From Candidatus Thorarchaeota archaeon (lineage in GTDB: Archaea > Asgardarchaeota > Thorarchaeia > Thorarchaeales > Thorarchaeaceae), in the NCBI GenBank assembly GCA_038893995.1, contig JAWAQK010000002.1, positions 32,001 through 96,000 of the forward strand: a DNA stretch of 64,000 bases, in the 5' to 3' direction. Numbering within the stretch: position 1 is the stretch's first letter; each line of letters opens with the position of its first letter. Below the pieces are notes generated by a model. That model did no database searches. It was not told the DNA's origin and saw nothing but the letters and a program-made list of their open reading frames with translations. Shown in pieces: positions 1 through 14,215 of this stretch. The translations under genes and the position numbers were made by a program.

Positions 1-40
1 AACAGATTAGGTAACACATGGTCCGGAACTCAGCAAGCAC

Positions 41-805
41 ATGACATGGGAAAGTCGGATTGAAAAAGAGAAAGGAGACCGCCAAGTCATCAGTCTGGAC
101 CAGATGCAGTCTCTCGAGAGGATCATTGTACAAGGTTTCAACAGGAAGAGGTTTGTGATTCGGCGCAGGTTCCGAAGCAGAAAGAACACCGTCCTGCACA
201 TAAGAGTGATGTCGGATAGTGGGCCCGATGAAGATATTGTTGCAAAGTTGTTTGAGAAGAACACCCTCAGTGTTGAACGCGATGTCCTCCTGGGTTGCAC
301 GGAAGCGGGGATTCCTGTCCCCAGGTTGATTGCTGCTGACAACGACGTGATACTGATGGAGTACGTCCCAGGTGCGAACATGGTGGACCTAATCAATTGC
401 AGCTACGCGGAATCGATGATAGACGCGCTTGCAGAATGGTACCACAGGTTCCACCACTCAATGAAACGAAACAGGGGCGACTCAATCCTGAGGAATTTTA
501 TCTGGACGCACCGAGGAGTGGTTGGGGTCGACTTTGAGGAGTCAGCATCAGGGGAATGGATTGACGATATCGCAGGGATTGCTGCGAGTCTTCTCGATAC
601 AGATCCAGTATTCGACGTGCGCAAGAGGGCTTTGGCCTGGCGGTTACTTGACAGATACCTGGCATGTCTGCGGGAGTGCAGGACCCGCGAACTCGAAAGA
701 GTGTTCGTTGAGAGAGTAGCAGACTGTCTGTCACAGACCGCGGGGAAACGCAACAGCGTCGATATCCACCTGCTCTCTGAACGAGTCAGACGGAGAGGAT
801 TCTGA
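41..805 (+). CDS. Protein kinase-like phosphotransferase (APH/RIO/Kdo-kinase-like)
   Basis: Kinase-fold motifs VAK, 'IPVPRLI..ILMEYVPG', catalytic-loop-like GDSILRNF and DFE. Confidence 0.7.
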   Translation: MTWESRIEKEKGDRQVISLDQMQSLERIIVQGFNRKRFVIRRRFRSRKNTVLHIRVMSDSGPDEDIVAKLFEKNTLSVERDVLLGCTEAGIPVPRLIAADNDVILMEYVPGANMVDLINCSYAESMIDALAEWYHRFHHSMKRNRGDSILRNFIWTHRGVVGVDFEESASGEWIDDIAGIAASLLDTDPVFDVRKRALAWRLLDRYLACLRECRTRELERVFVERVADCLSQTAGKRNSVDIHLLSERVRRRGF

Positions 806-848
806 GACTTGGTGAAACTGAAAAGTCCAGTACCGCCGATATCACAGT

Positions 849-888
849 GCCATTCGAGGCCCCGGGGATGGGGGGCCCCGAACTTGGC
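849..888 (-). terminator. GC-rich hairpin 3' of rps7, between convergent genes
   Basis: Minus strand TTCGGGGCCCC-ccatcccc-GGGGCCTCGAA, extended by GCCA/TGGC. Confidence 0.5.
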
Positions 889-900
889 CATTTGCAGTCG

Positions 901-1590
901 CTACCTAGCTGAGCGAGCTACTCGTTCGCGTTCGTCCTTTCTAGAAACTGCAAAGCTCGCAAGATCTCCCTTGTAGGCCAGAAGCAACTCATCTGCAATG
1001 CATTCTTCGAAGGACTTTGCACTGTTGTGCGTGTTTCTTGATGCCCCTACTACCAGATATCTGAGGGCGATGTCGATTCTACGCTGAGGTCCTATGTCCA
1101 CGGATCTCGGGTATGCCATACCCCCATATGATATTCTGGTCGTTTCCTCGGCAGGAGCTGCGTTCTCGATTGCAGTCACAAGAACCTGAATTGGATTCAT
1201 TCCAGTGCGGTACTCTATCATCTCAAAGGCTCTTTTCACGAGTCCTATGGCTCTCGCCTTCTTTCCTGCATTGCGGCCAGTCCGCGTCTTCTTCTCTCGT
1301 CTATTGCCTCCGCTTAGGAGCTTGTTCACAAATCTCTCAACAATCGGCACCTGCGACTTGTGAAACTTGCGATTTGCATGTCGCCCCGATGTATGTGGTA
1401 TCAGCATGGGCTTGAGCGAGATATAGCGTCTGAGACCGACATCTTGCACTTGAACATCATCGGTACTCCATCTTCCAAACAGCAGGAACTTTTCTGCACT
1501 GCTATCCCCTGAATGCTGAGTGTCTGTTTCAATCGGTTTCTCGCCATTCTCCTCTGTAGACTCAGGGGTTCTTCTCTCATCTTCCGTCAT
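901..1590 (-). CDS. rps7: 30S ribosomal protein uS7
   Basis: LLFGRWS, PIVERFVNKL, NPIQVLVTAIEN, ERVARSAR; follows rps12. Confidence 0.97.
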   Translation of the reverse strand: MTEDERRTPESTEENGEKPIETDTQHSGDSSAEKFLLFGRWSTDDVQVQDVGLRRYISLKPMLIPHTSGRHANRKFHKSQVPIVERFVNKLLSGGNRREKKTRTGRNAGKKARAIGLVKRAFEMIEYRTGMNPIQVLVTAIENAAPAEETTRISYGGMAYPRSVDIGPQRRIDIALRYLVVGASRNTHNSAKSFEECIADELLLAYKGDLASFAVSRKDERERVARSAR

Positions 1591-1595
1591 TCAGA

Positions 1596-2048
1596 TCACC
1601 TGATCGGCTTCTCCTTCTTGCCATATATGAGGGCTTCCAGAGACACGCCATTCACCTTACATACTCTCCATCTTACGCCGGGGAGATCTCCGTATGCCCC
1701 TCCGTAAGCTCCGCCAATGCCCTCGACTACGACCTGGTCGTGCTCATCGATGAACTTGAGTCCACCGTCACCCGGTATGAATGCAGTCACTTGCTTACCA
1801 TTCTTGGAGAGCTGCACTCTGACTGCCTTCCTTATGGCTGAATTTGGCTGCTTGGATTCGATACCGACCTTCTCAAGGACAATCCCGCGTGCCTGCGGTG
1901 CCCCTTCCAGGGGGTCAGTCCTCTTGGCGAGCTTGAGCACACGCCTCTTGTACTCAGCCTTCTTCCATCGGAATTTCTTGCGTCGGGACTTGAGTGGTCG
2001 GGCAGCAAACTCGCCGAGTGGGCTTTTCGAACGATTCAATTGACTCAT
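1596..2048 (-). CDS. rps12: 30S ribosomal protein uS12
   Basis: [21 protein letters not shown]. Confidence 0.98.
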   Translation of the reverse strand: MSQLNRSKSPLGEFAARPLKSRRKKFRWKKAEYKRRVLKLAKRTDPLEGAPQARGIVLEKVGIESKQPNSAIRKAVRVQLSKNGKQVTAFIPGDGGLKFIDEHDQVVVEGIGGAYGGAYGDLPGVRWRVCKVNGVSLEALIYGKKEKPIR

Positions 2049-2101
2049 CCCCGTTCATTGTTCTCAGTTACTTGCTAGGCAGTGCTCACCACTGGGCTTA
2101 A

Positions 2102-2108
2102 CTTAAAA
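2102..2108 (-). promoter_or_regulatory. Putative internal TATA box for rps12-rps7
   Basis: TTTTAAG on the minus strand about 55 nt upstream of the rps12 ATG. Confidence 0.4.
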
Positions 2109-2129
2109 GTATTATGAAAAGGAGGACGA

Positions 2130-2567
2130 TCAATCTATCATAACACTATCAAGTCCAAAGTGCCTCTTGGCTAACCTTCGCGCACGCTCTACATTCCGTC
2201 CGTCCTTGCCTATTGCTATTCCACGATCCTCAGGCTTGACACTGACAGTCGCCACCAGGGCTCCACTTGCATTTTGACTTATTCTCACTCTCTCAACTCT
2301 CGCAGGTGCCAGCGCCCTCTTTACAAACTCCTCGGCCGTGTCTGCGTGCTCGACAATATCAACGGTCTTGCCAAGCGCTTCCGATGCTGCACGGACATTT
2401 GATCCCCCTTTTCCCACTGCTCGGCCCAACTGTTTCTCTCGAACTACAAATATCACTCTGTCCGTTTCATCGTCACGAATGACATCTATAGGAGATACGC
2501 CAGTTATCCTCTCGAATGTGGCAATAAGAGCCATATCTTCCATTGTCAGCTTGAAACTAGGCAACAC
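2130..2567 (-). CDS. nusA: Archaeal NusA (two KH domains)
   Basis: AVGKGGSNV and AIGKDGRNV KH motifs; conserved position between rpl30e and rps12. Confidence 0.95.
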   Translation of the reverse strand: MLPSFKLTMEDMALIATFERITGVSPIDVIRDDETDRVIFVVREKQLGRAVGKGGSNVRAASEALGKTVDIVEHADTAEEFVKRALAPARVERVRISQNASGALVATVSVKPEDRGIAIGKDGRNVERARRLAKRHFGLDSVMID

Positions 2568-2574
2568 GTCCGCC

Positions 2575-2868
2575 TCATATCAAGTTCAGTATCTTTGAAT
2601 CGCCAGGATCAATGATTGCAATAGCTGAAACCATGAATGGTTTTCCAATCAGTTCACCTAGCTCCCACGACGAGCCACTGTACTTGTAGACTGGAACGTT
2701 CGCAAGTCTTGCATATCTCTCGATATCATTGCTCTCATTGCTGGGACAGTTACCTGAAACGATCACAAGTTTTGCGGTGCCGTTTCTAGTGGCTTGAATG
2801 GATGACCTTGTTCCAATATGGCACTTTCCCGTCCTTACTGCTATTGCTACAGATTGATTGAAACTCAT
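2575..2868 (-). CDS. rpl30e: 50S ribosomal protein eL30
   Basis: AVRTGK, ELGELIGKPFMVS, IIDPGDSKI. Confidence 0.96.
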   Translation of the reverse strand: MSFNQSVAIAVRTGKCHIGTRSSIQATRNGTAKLVIVSGNCPSNESNDIERYARLANVPVYKYSGSSWELGELIGKPFMVSAIAIIDPGDSKILNLI

Positions 2869-2954
2869 CTTGAGCCACCTATCGACTCCTTGTCTTGAAC
2901 CCAGTCTGAACGTACTCCCGAGGCTCTGTTTTTAACAATTACGCCCCGTGTCTC

Positions 2955-6833
<3,879 letters not shown>

Positions 6834-6834
<1 letters not shown>

Positions 6835-9800
6835 TAGATCATCTCCTTCAATCTGAGTCTACAGGCGAGACCGAGTGACATCATCTCCTGGATCAGTAGC
6901 TTGAACGCATACGATACTACTACGCTGCTGACCTTCACACTCGGTCCACACACAGGGCAGTAGTACTGGTCCTTGTTTCGGTCGTATACTCCTATGAGCC
7001 CACATTGTTCACATACTAGCATGTTGCTCTTGTCTGACTCATCGAGGAGCCTTCCCTTCAACAGGATTGCTGCGCCATGACCTATCAGCACATCCCGTTC
7101 CATCTCACCGAAACGAAGACCTCCTTCTCTGGCTCTCCCTTCTGTGGGTTGCCTCGTAAGGATCTGCACTGGGCCCCTTGCACGAGCATGTATCTTGTCC
7201 GCAACCATGTGATGTAACCGTTGATAGTATATCACGCCGATGAAGATGTCTGTCTTAAGCTTCTCTCCTGTGACTCCAGAGTACATGACTTCACGACCAT
7301 TATACTGGAATCCATGGGACTGCAGGACCCTGAATAGCTCATCCTCAGTAACTCCGCAGAAGGGAGTGGCGTCCTGCTGCTTTCCCTCCATGCACCCAGC
7401 CTTGCCGGCTATCATTTCCATTATCTGTCCTATCGTCATCCTGCTTGGAATTGCATGGGGGTTCATGATCAGATCTGGGACAACACCGTCCTCAGTGAAT
7501 GGAACATCTTCCTGTGGCACGATGTACCCTATCACACCCTTCTGACCATGGCGTGATGCGAACTTGTCTCCGAGTTCTGGAATCCTGAGGTCCCTGACCT
7601 TCACTTTCACGAGCCTGTTACCGTCAATGGTTTCGGTCAGTATGACCGTATCTATCACACCTGATTCCCCGTGACGGACCGCATTGGATGTCTCACGCCT
7701 ATCAGGCAATGGGAACTCAAACTCTGAGTATTCCTCAAGGAATCTGGGAGGCGATGTCCTTCCTATCAGGACGTCACCTCCCTGAACTTCCACTTCGGTT
7801 TCGATGATGCCATCTTCACCAAGATTACGATACGACTCAGATGCACGATACCCTCGGACGCTTCGCTCAGGTATCTCAAACTTGTCTTCTTGTCCACCCG
7901 GGTATTTTCGTTCCTCACTTTCGTATACACGGGCGAAGCTGCTTCTTCCTAGTCCTCTCTCGATAGAGGCCTTGTTCATTATCAAGGCATCTTCAATGTT
8001 GTATCCCTCGAACGATAGCACTGCGACAACGAAGTTCTGACCCGCAGGTCTCTCTTCATATCCTATCGAGTCCATTGCACGAGTCTTGACAATGGGAACC
8101 TGTGGATAGTGAAAGAAATGCGACCTCGTGTCTGTTCTGAACTTGAAGTTTGAGGCAGGAACTCCGATTGACTGTTTCGCCATGCCCGCCATGTACACGT
8201 TTCTGGGGGATTGATTTCGTTCTGGAAACGGTATGAGTGCGGCAGAGATCCCCAGAATAGTTGACGGAACTATCTCCAGATGAGTGGTATTCGGACCTAT
8301 ATTCTCTGGATACAATGCGATCAGAGTGTTCTCCTCTTCTTCTGCATCCAAGAACTCCACGATACCGTTTCGTAACAGATCTGAGAAACCCCAGGTTCCC
8401 TCCGTAATCATTCTGAGATGTTCGTCAGTCAGTCTGCTACGCCCATTTTCAACGACTATCAGTGGTCTTCTGACACGACCTGCATCGCAGTTTACTTGGA
8501 CTTCATTCGTCTTCTTATAGTAGGCTATGTTGACCTCCTGATCTATTTCGCCTGCTCTTCTTCGTTGACGAATGGTCTTGACAAGCACCTCCGGTGCTGG
8601 ATGTACTCCTACTAGACGGCCGTTCAAGAACACGTCTGCTGATTTAGTAGTGCGTTTCCCTCTTATCCTCTCAATGGGCTCTACGTCTGCCTTGATCAGT
8701 GCTCTCTCAACCTCCTCCTCGGAGGTTCCTACTGAGATGTGAGCCATCATTGCGATGTTCTTGACTAGCCCACAGTTGGGCCCTTCGGGAGTTTCATTTG
8801 GACAGATCTTTCCCCAGTGTGTTGAGTGCAGGTCACGTGCCTCGAAATGTGGTTGCGACCGAGAAAGCGGAGAAACAACTCTTCTCAGATGCGACAGTGA
8901 TGAGATGTAGTTTGTTCTATCAAGTAGCTGAGACACACCTGCCTTTCCACCGACCCAATTACCAGTTGCAAGTGCATGTTTCATCCTCTGGGTGATCACG
9001 TCAGCTCTGACAGCGGTTCTGATGTTGGGTTTTCTGCCTCTAACTGCGTTTCGCTCGAGCTGGTACTTGATGTCTCTGGTCAGCGAGTAGAGGGCCAGTC
9101 TAAAGAGTGACATCAAGAGGTCTCCGGAAAGCTTCAATCTCTTGTTTGCGTAGTGATCCTTGTCGTCTGGGTCTCGTTTGAGCAGAACTAGTTCGAGGAG
9201 TCGCTCGACCATCTGCCCAAGGTAATATGCTTTTGCAAGATTGTGTTTCTCTTCTGTACCTATGTGTGGCAGAAAGTATCTCTCAAGGACCTTCTGTGCT
9301 CGCACAAGACGGTACTCCTTGGTTTGACCGACTGCGACTCGTTTGCCTATGAAGTCGAGTGCATTCTCTCGTGTGGTACCCCCTTCGGCATCAGCCCCAG
9401 CATTTATTGGTGCTGCTTGTTCCATCGTCACAATGAGCTCATTTCGAATCTCCTCATCATCTGAGATGATATCGACAATCTCCTTGTCGGATTCAATACC
9501 GAGTGCCTTCATAAGGATCGCGAGCGGTATCCTTCCTGGCACAGACGGAAAGACCACACGAAGTTCTCCAGTCCGCTTTCTTTCGATGGTGACTGGTGCC
9601 CTGAATCCCTTTGCTGTTGAAAACACCTTTGCAATATGGGTATAGCTTGAGCTCTTGCTTGCCTCCTCGATCAATACCCTATTGGGCGCCAGATCTTCTT
9701 GTGTGACTAGTACTCTCTCTGATCCGTTGATGATGAAATATCCTCCAGGATCCTTGGGGTCTTCTCCATGTTTGATCAGCTCCTCCGGTGACATGCCATA

Positions 9801-10199
9801 TAGCAGACACTTCTCACTTCGTAGCATGATTGGCAGGTCGCCAATGTACACCCTCTGAGTTTCCATCCTTGTAATATTGGCGCCTTCTTTTCTTACCGGC
9901 GTCATCTCCAAGTAAAGCTTGCTTGCATAGGTCAGATTCCTGATGCGTGCTTCGTTGGGATAGAGTAGGTGCTCGCTACCGTCTGCCTCCCTCACGGTGG
10001 GAGCTTCTACGGTGATCTGGCCGAACTCCACGTAGTATCCCTCTACCTTCGGAGTCAATCTACCTATGCTATCCACGACTTCCTGGAGTCCGTACTTCAC
10101 GAAACGGTTAAACGAGTCCAGATGTTGACCCACGAGGCCTCTCTCTCTAAAGTAGGCCTCAATCACTGGCCAGTATTTTTGTCGCTCTTCCAGACCCAC
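6834..10199 (-). CDS. rpoB: RNA polymerase subunit B (Rpo2, unsplit)
   Basis: GDKFASRHGQKG, GGLRFGEMERD, ETPEGPNCGLVKN; single 1121-aa ORF. Confidence 0.99.
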
Positions 10200-10369
10200 C
10201 TTGCCATCACTACCTGACTACTCAGAGGACGAAGTAATGTTACAGGTTCCCAAGTGTTCAACATCCTCAGTCTTTGGTCCCATTTGATGCCGACCAGCCA
10301 CTGTAACAGCCGTCCGTTTTACGCTCTGCTCGGCCCGTATCTGCAGACCCAGGCATTGAACGTTATACA

Positions 10370-10500
10370 TGGCGGGCTCGGCGGGATTTGCTCCAATACC
10401 GAGACACGCTCGGTCCGATTGAACCCGCAACCCTCAGGTGTCTCTCTCGGTTTCCCTTGAGATAAAAGCCTGCTGCGCTGCCTGGTTGCGCCACGAGCCC
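10370..10500 (-). tRNA. tRNA-Lys(UUU) with two introns: 37/38 (10440-10462, 23 nt) and 58/59 (10388-10418, 31 nt)
   Basis: Minus strand GGGCTCG TG GCGCAACCAGGCAGCGC A GCAGG CT TTT A[intron]A CCTGA GGGTT GCGGG TTCAA[intron]AT CCCGC CGAGCCC G CCA; both introns fold into bulge-helix-bulge motifs. Confidence 0.9.
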
Positions 10501-10819
10501 ATGCGGTTCAATCCAGGCGCGATCTGTTCCTTGTTCGGTACCATCTGGAGTGATGACTCACCCGCTATTGTTCTGACTGGTCACACATGCCTGAGCGGCA
10601 GAACTGCCTAGCAACGGAACCGGTGCTGGAACTGATAAAAGGCTTTCGATGAATCACACATTTCATGACTATGTCATCTCGTCTTACAGTTGTCTGAACT
10701 ATTCCTTGCGTATCCATTGTCTGATCCGTCTAGGAGTAGCCATCTGGCCGACAAACTTAATAGGCATTAGGAGTGGCCGTCAATGTGGAGTGCTAGGATA
10801 CATCTCCGCGTATCGAAGT

Positions 10820-10955
10820 GCCCCTGTGGTGTAGTCCGGCTAGCATACTAGACTGTCACACTTGGTTGACAGGTGTCCCAAGGGCTAGTCTGGTAACCCG
10901 GGTTCAAATTGGGTTGTGGTAAGCACATCCCATGAAGGTCCCGGCGGGGGCGCCA
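10820..10955 (+). tRNA. tRNA-Asp(GUC) with two introns: 38/39 (about 10860-10888, 29 nt; 37/38 register also possible) and 59/60 (10909-10938, 30 nt)
   Basis: GCCCCTG/CGGGGGC acceptor stem plus G-CCA, anticodon GTC at 10855-10857; T-loop intron has a perfect BHB (TTCA/TGAA central helix). Confidence 0.92.
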
Positions 10956-11184
10956 TCTTCTTTTCGTCCTCTCAGGCTTGTGAACATATGTGAGGGATTC
11001 GGTGTGCTTCTCTTCTGGCTATCTGGTGAGCTTTGGGGACGTTCCCTATTGGCTATATCACTCTCGGACAAGTTTTCCTCTGGCACCTATTCGACGTGTT
11101 TGCCATGCCAGTGTTGATCCTTGTTCTGTGCTGTATCTAGTCACAACGTTTATGTGGAGTTCAGTATCGTTCCTCCTTCGAAGC

Positions 11185-11321
11185 GCCGGGATTTCCTAGC
11201 CTGGACGACTCTATGTGTCGGGGCAATATGGAGCCAGCCTGCTAAGTTGGTGTGCTTGCACGCGAGGGTTCAAATGGCATCTGCACAGGCCGGATGCCTG
11301 AAACTCCCTCTCCCGGCGCCA
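11185..11321 (+). tRNA. tRNA-Ser(GCU) with two introns: D-loop after G18G19 (11205-11226, 22 nt) and 59/60 (11275-11304, 30 nt)
   Basis: GCCGGGA/TCCCGGC acceptor plus G-CCA, anticodon GCT at 11241-11243, long variable arm; BHBs GCCT/GGGC and TTCA/TGAA; TTTAT box about 30 nt upstream. Confidence 0.92.
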
Positions 11322-11689
11322 TGACTCCATTGTCGGGCCATTCTCTGTTTCTGAGTGTGACGCTCACGAGTTCATATCTTGAGGTTGGATTCTGCTAGAT
11401 CTCTTCTACCACGACTCTGTTGACGTGATTCTAGGCATTGGCTGCTGAGGTCCCTACATCGCCGGAATCCCGATGCCATGACTTATTCAATCTAGTAAGA
11501 TTGTACGATTAGGGTGTCGAGTATGGAGTCGAGAACATGATCTGTCCAACCCTGTGATGTGAGATGTACCAATCCTTCCGACTGAGTCAGAGGGTGTATC
11601 ACTAGACCGTTCCCATTTGCCACGCAAATTCAGTAGCGAGTGGGGTGATGCGGTTCCCGAAACCTGCTGCCTGTAACTGCTGCCATAGA

Positions 11690-11728
11690 ACAGAAAAGAA
11701 TCGGACTCGGGCCACTCGCCCGGTCCGA
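11690..11728 (-). terminator. Hairpin plus U-rich tract downstream of EF-1alpha
   Basis: Minus strand TCGGAC-CGGGC-gagtg-GCCCG-a-GTCCGA followed by TTCTTTTCTGT. Confidence 0.6.
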
Positions 11729-11740
11729 AGAAAAGACACA

Positions 11741-13039
11741 CTACTGTCTCTTGTTCACTGAGAGCACTATTCCGACCGCCACGGTCATTCCCATGTCACG
11801 AACGGCGAATCTGCCAAGCTGAGGTATCTCCTTGTATGGTTCAATGACCATTGGCTTCAGGGGGACAAGCTTGGCTATCATTGACTCGCCCTTCTTCACA
11901 AACTCAGGATTCTCTTGAATGACCTGTCCAGAGCGTTGGTCGATCTTCTTCAAGATCTGATCAAATCTACAGGCGACCTGAGCCGTGTGTGCATGAATTA
12001 CGGGTGTGTAGCCCGCCGCGATGGCCGAAGGATGTTGGATGACCATTAGCTGGCCCGTGAAGTCAAGTGCCACAGTGGGCGGGTTTTCAACGGGCCCCGC
12101 AACATCTCCTCTTCCAAGGTCTTTCCTCTCAATACCACGGACGTTAAAGCCTATGTTGTCACCTGGAACTGCCTCTGGTAGCTGCTCGTGGTGCATCTCA
12201 ATGGACTTGACCTCTCCCACCTTGTTGGGTGGCATGAAAACCACCTTCTGTCCTGGCTTCAGGATCCCAGTTTCAACACGTCCGACTGGAACCGTGCCAA
12301 CCCCCTTTATGGAGTATACATCATTAATGGGTATCCTGAGAGGCTTGTCAACCGGTTTCGGTGGGATTGGTGTGGAGTCAAGTGCCTCGAGGAGACAGGG
12401 TCCGTTGTACCATGGTGTGAGGTTTGGTGTCCTGACCTTAAGGTTAGCAGCGTCTATGGCTGAGGTCGGAATGAAGGGGATCTGGTCGACCTTGTAGCCT
12501 ATTCCCTTAAGGAAGCCACTGACCTCGTCCTTGATCTCTTTGTATCTTGCCTCACTGTACTTCACTTCGTCCATCTTGTTGATACAGACGATCAGACCCA
12601 TGACACCAAGAGTCATGGCCAGGTATGCATGCTCTTTTGTCTGACCACCAGGTCCCACACCTGCTTCGAACTCTCCGGTCTTGGCGGAGACAACAAGAAG
12701 CCCTACGTCCGCTTGGGACGCCCCGGTGATCATGTTCTTGATGAAGTCCTTGTGGCCAGGCGCATCGATTATGGTTATGTACCGGTGTTCGGTCATGAAC
12801 TTGAAGAACGCAATGTCAATTGTGAGACCGCGTTCTCTTTCCTCCTTCAGTCTATCCAGAGCGAACGCCCACGCCCAAGACGGACGGCCTAGTCGCTCGG
12901 CCTCTGCCTTGTGCTGCTGGAACGTACGCTCATCCACGGCGCCGGTTTCGTATAGTAGGCGGCCCGTCATAGTACTCTTGCCATGATCAACATGGCCTAT
13001 GACGACCAAGTTCACATGTTCTTTATCCTTCTTGCTCAA
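11741..13039 (-). CDS. tuf: Translation elongation factor EF-1alpha (probable TTG start 13039 after GAGGT; ORF track starts 13066)
   Basis: GHVDHGKST, ERERGLTID, DAPGH, NKMD, LGRFAVRDMG. Confidence 0.98.
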   Translation of the reverse strand: MSKKDKEHVNLVVIGHVDHGKSTMTGRLLYETGAVDERTFQQHKAEAERLGRPSWAWAFALDRLKEERERGLTIDIAFFKFMTEHRYITIIDAPGHKDFIKNMITGASQADVGLLVVSAKTGEFEAGVGPGGQTKEHAYLAMTLGVMGLIVCINKMDEVKYSEARYKEIKDEVSGFLKGIGYKVDQIPFIPTSAIDAANLKVRTPNLTPWYNGPCLLEALDSTPIPPKPVDKPLRIPINDVYSIKGVGTVPVGRVETGILKPGQKVVFMPPNKVGEVKSIEMHHEQLPEAVPGDNIGFNVRGIERKDLGRGDVAGPVENPPTVALDFTGQLMVIQHPSAIAAGYTPVIHAHTAQVACRFDQILKKIDQRSGQVIQENPEFVKKGESMIAKLVPLKPMVIEPYKEIPQLGRFAVRDMGMTVAVGIVLSVNKRQ

Positions 13040-13227
13040 CGTGAGAACCTCGGATTCGTGGGTCATTCGCTCCGCTCTTTGGGAGCCTCACGTGTTGTGA
13101 TGACCTGTGTGTTTAAAGGTTACGGCTCTCACATATAGCCTTCCCAGAAGTAAGGATTGTACGCAGGAACTCTAAGATGCTGCTTTTGAAATCTGGAACT
13201 GGAGATGCTGTTTGGGCAGTCCTACTT

Positions 13228-13370
13228 TACGACACTGACTAGCTCCCATCAGAAGCAATCTCGAACTACCCCGTAGGCTCGTAGAAATGACGCCCCGCGA
13301 CAATATGCGGGGTTCTCCCCTAGAAACTGCCGTGAGCGAGATGTGGCTTGATTCACGGCCCTGTGTCGTA
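13228..13370. ncRNA. Candidate structured RNA (multi-helix junction), function unknown
   Basis: Closing helix TACGACAC/GTGTCGTA enclosing three hairpins, in an intergenic region with no convincing ORF. Confidence 0.4.
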
Positions 13371-13450
13371 TGGCTTGGCCAGATCGAACGATATTATTAG
13401 ATTCATTGACAATAAATGCATATGATGGCTGATTGTGGGCCTGATCTACC

Positions 13451-14215
13451 ATGAACCTCAGGCTTGAGAATATGACAATACTTGTGACAGGTGCCTCTAG
13501 AGGACTAGGATTTGCAGTTGCAAGGGCTCTGTCCTCCGAGGGTGCACGAGTCATATTGTGCAGTAGGAACGAAACTCGATTGAGGAAGGCAGTCGATCAG
13601 TTGGGAGACTCTGCTTCATACATCGTTGCTGATGTTTCAAGAGCAGCCGACATCCAAATGATGGTACGGCATGTTCGTGATTCCATAGGCGTCCTTGACG
13701 GTCTCTTTGTAAACACAGGTGGTCCTCCCACTGGCAAGTTCCTCGGACTATCAGACGATGATTGGAGGTCAAGCTTTGAACTCACAGTCATGAGTGCTGT
13801 AAGGCTCACACACGAGTGCCTTCCGTTGCTCACGAAGTCAAGATCCTCCTCCATCCTGTACAACACGTCGATATCCATTAAGGAGCCTATTGAGAACTTG
13901 ATACTATCAAATTCTCTCAGACTCTCGATAATCGGTTTGATGAAGTCCCTCGTAAACGAGCTGGGTCCAGACGGACCGAGGGTCAATGCGGTGTGTCCCG
14001 GGTATTTTCGTACAGAACGCATCGAAGAAGTTCTCGCCAGCTCGAGTGAGAAGGATGAATCGCTCGGCAGGTTAGAACGCAATATTCCTCTTCGCCGAAT
14101 TGGCGATCCGGCAGAATTTGGAGCATTCTGCGCCTTCATCATGAGCCCAGTTGCAAGCTATATCCATGGAGCTGTTCTGGTTATAGACGGAGGACTATAC
14201 CGTGGGATGAGCTAA
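13451..14215 (+). CDS. SDR family oxidoreductase (FabG-like, atypical SNSLR active site)
   Basis: TGASRGLG, NTGGP, VNAVCPG, IDGG. Confidence 0.9.
   Translation: MNLRLENMTILVTGASRGLGFAVARALSSEGARVILCSRNETRLRKAVDQLGDSASYIVADVSRAADIQMMVRHVRDSIGVLDGLFVNTGGPPTGKFLGLSDDDWRSSFELTVMSAVRLTHECLPLLTKSRSSSILYNTSISIKEPIENLILSNSLRLSIIGLMKSLVNELGPDGPRVNAVCPGYFRTERIEEVLASSSEKDESLGRLERNIPLRRIGDPAEFGAFCAFIMSPVASYIHGAVLVIDGGLYRGMS

Noticed and set aside
10550-10594. Possible box C/D sRNA (GTGATGA...CTGA...CTGA)
   Set aside because: No convincing C' box, irregular guide lengths, and no target identifiable without a search
10218-11324. Short ORFs of 60-70 aa in the tRNA cluster
   Set aside because: They overlap intron-containing tRNAs or spacers and show no protein motifs; none resembles RpoH
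11487-11741. 84-aa ORF after EF-1alpha as possible uS10
   Set aside because: No uS10 motifs, and it runs through the terminator hairpin
13150-13400. RNase P RNA or 5S rRNA interpretation of the structured region
   Set aside because: Lacks the paired P4 motifs (GAGGAAAGUCC ... AACAGAA..GCUUA) and 5S conserved loops
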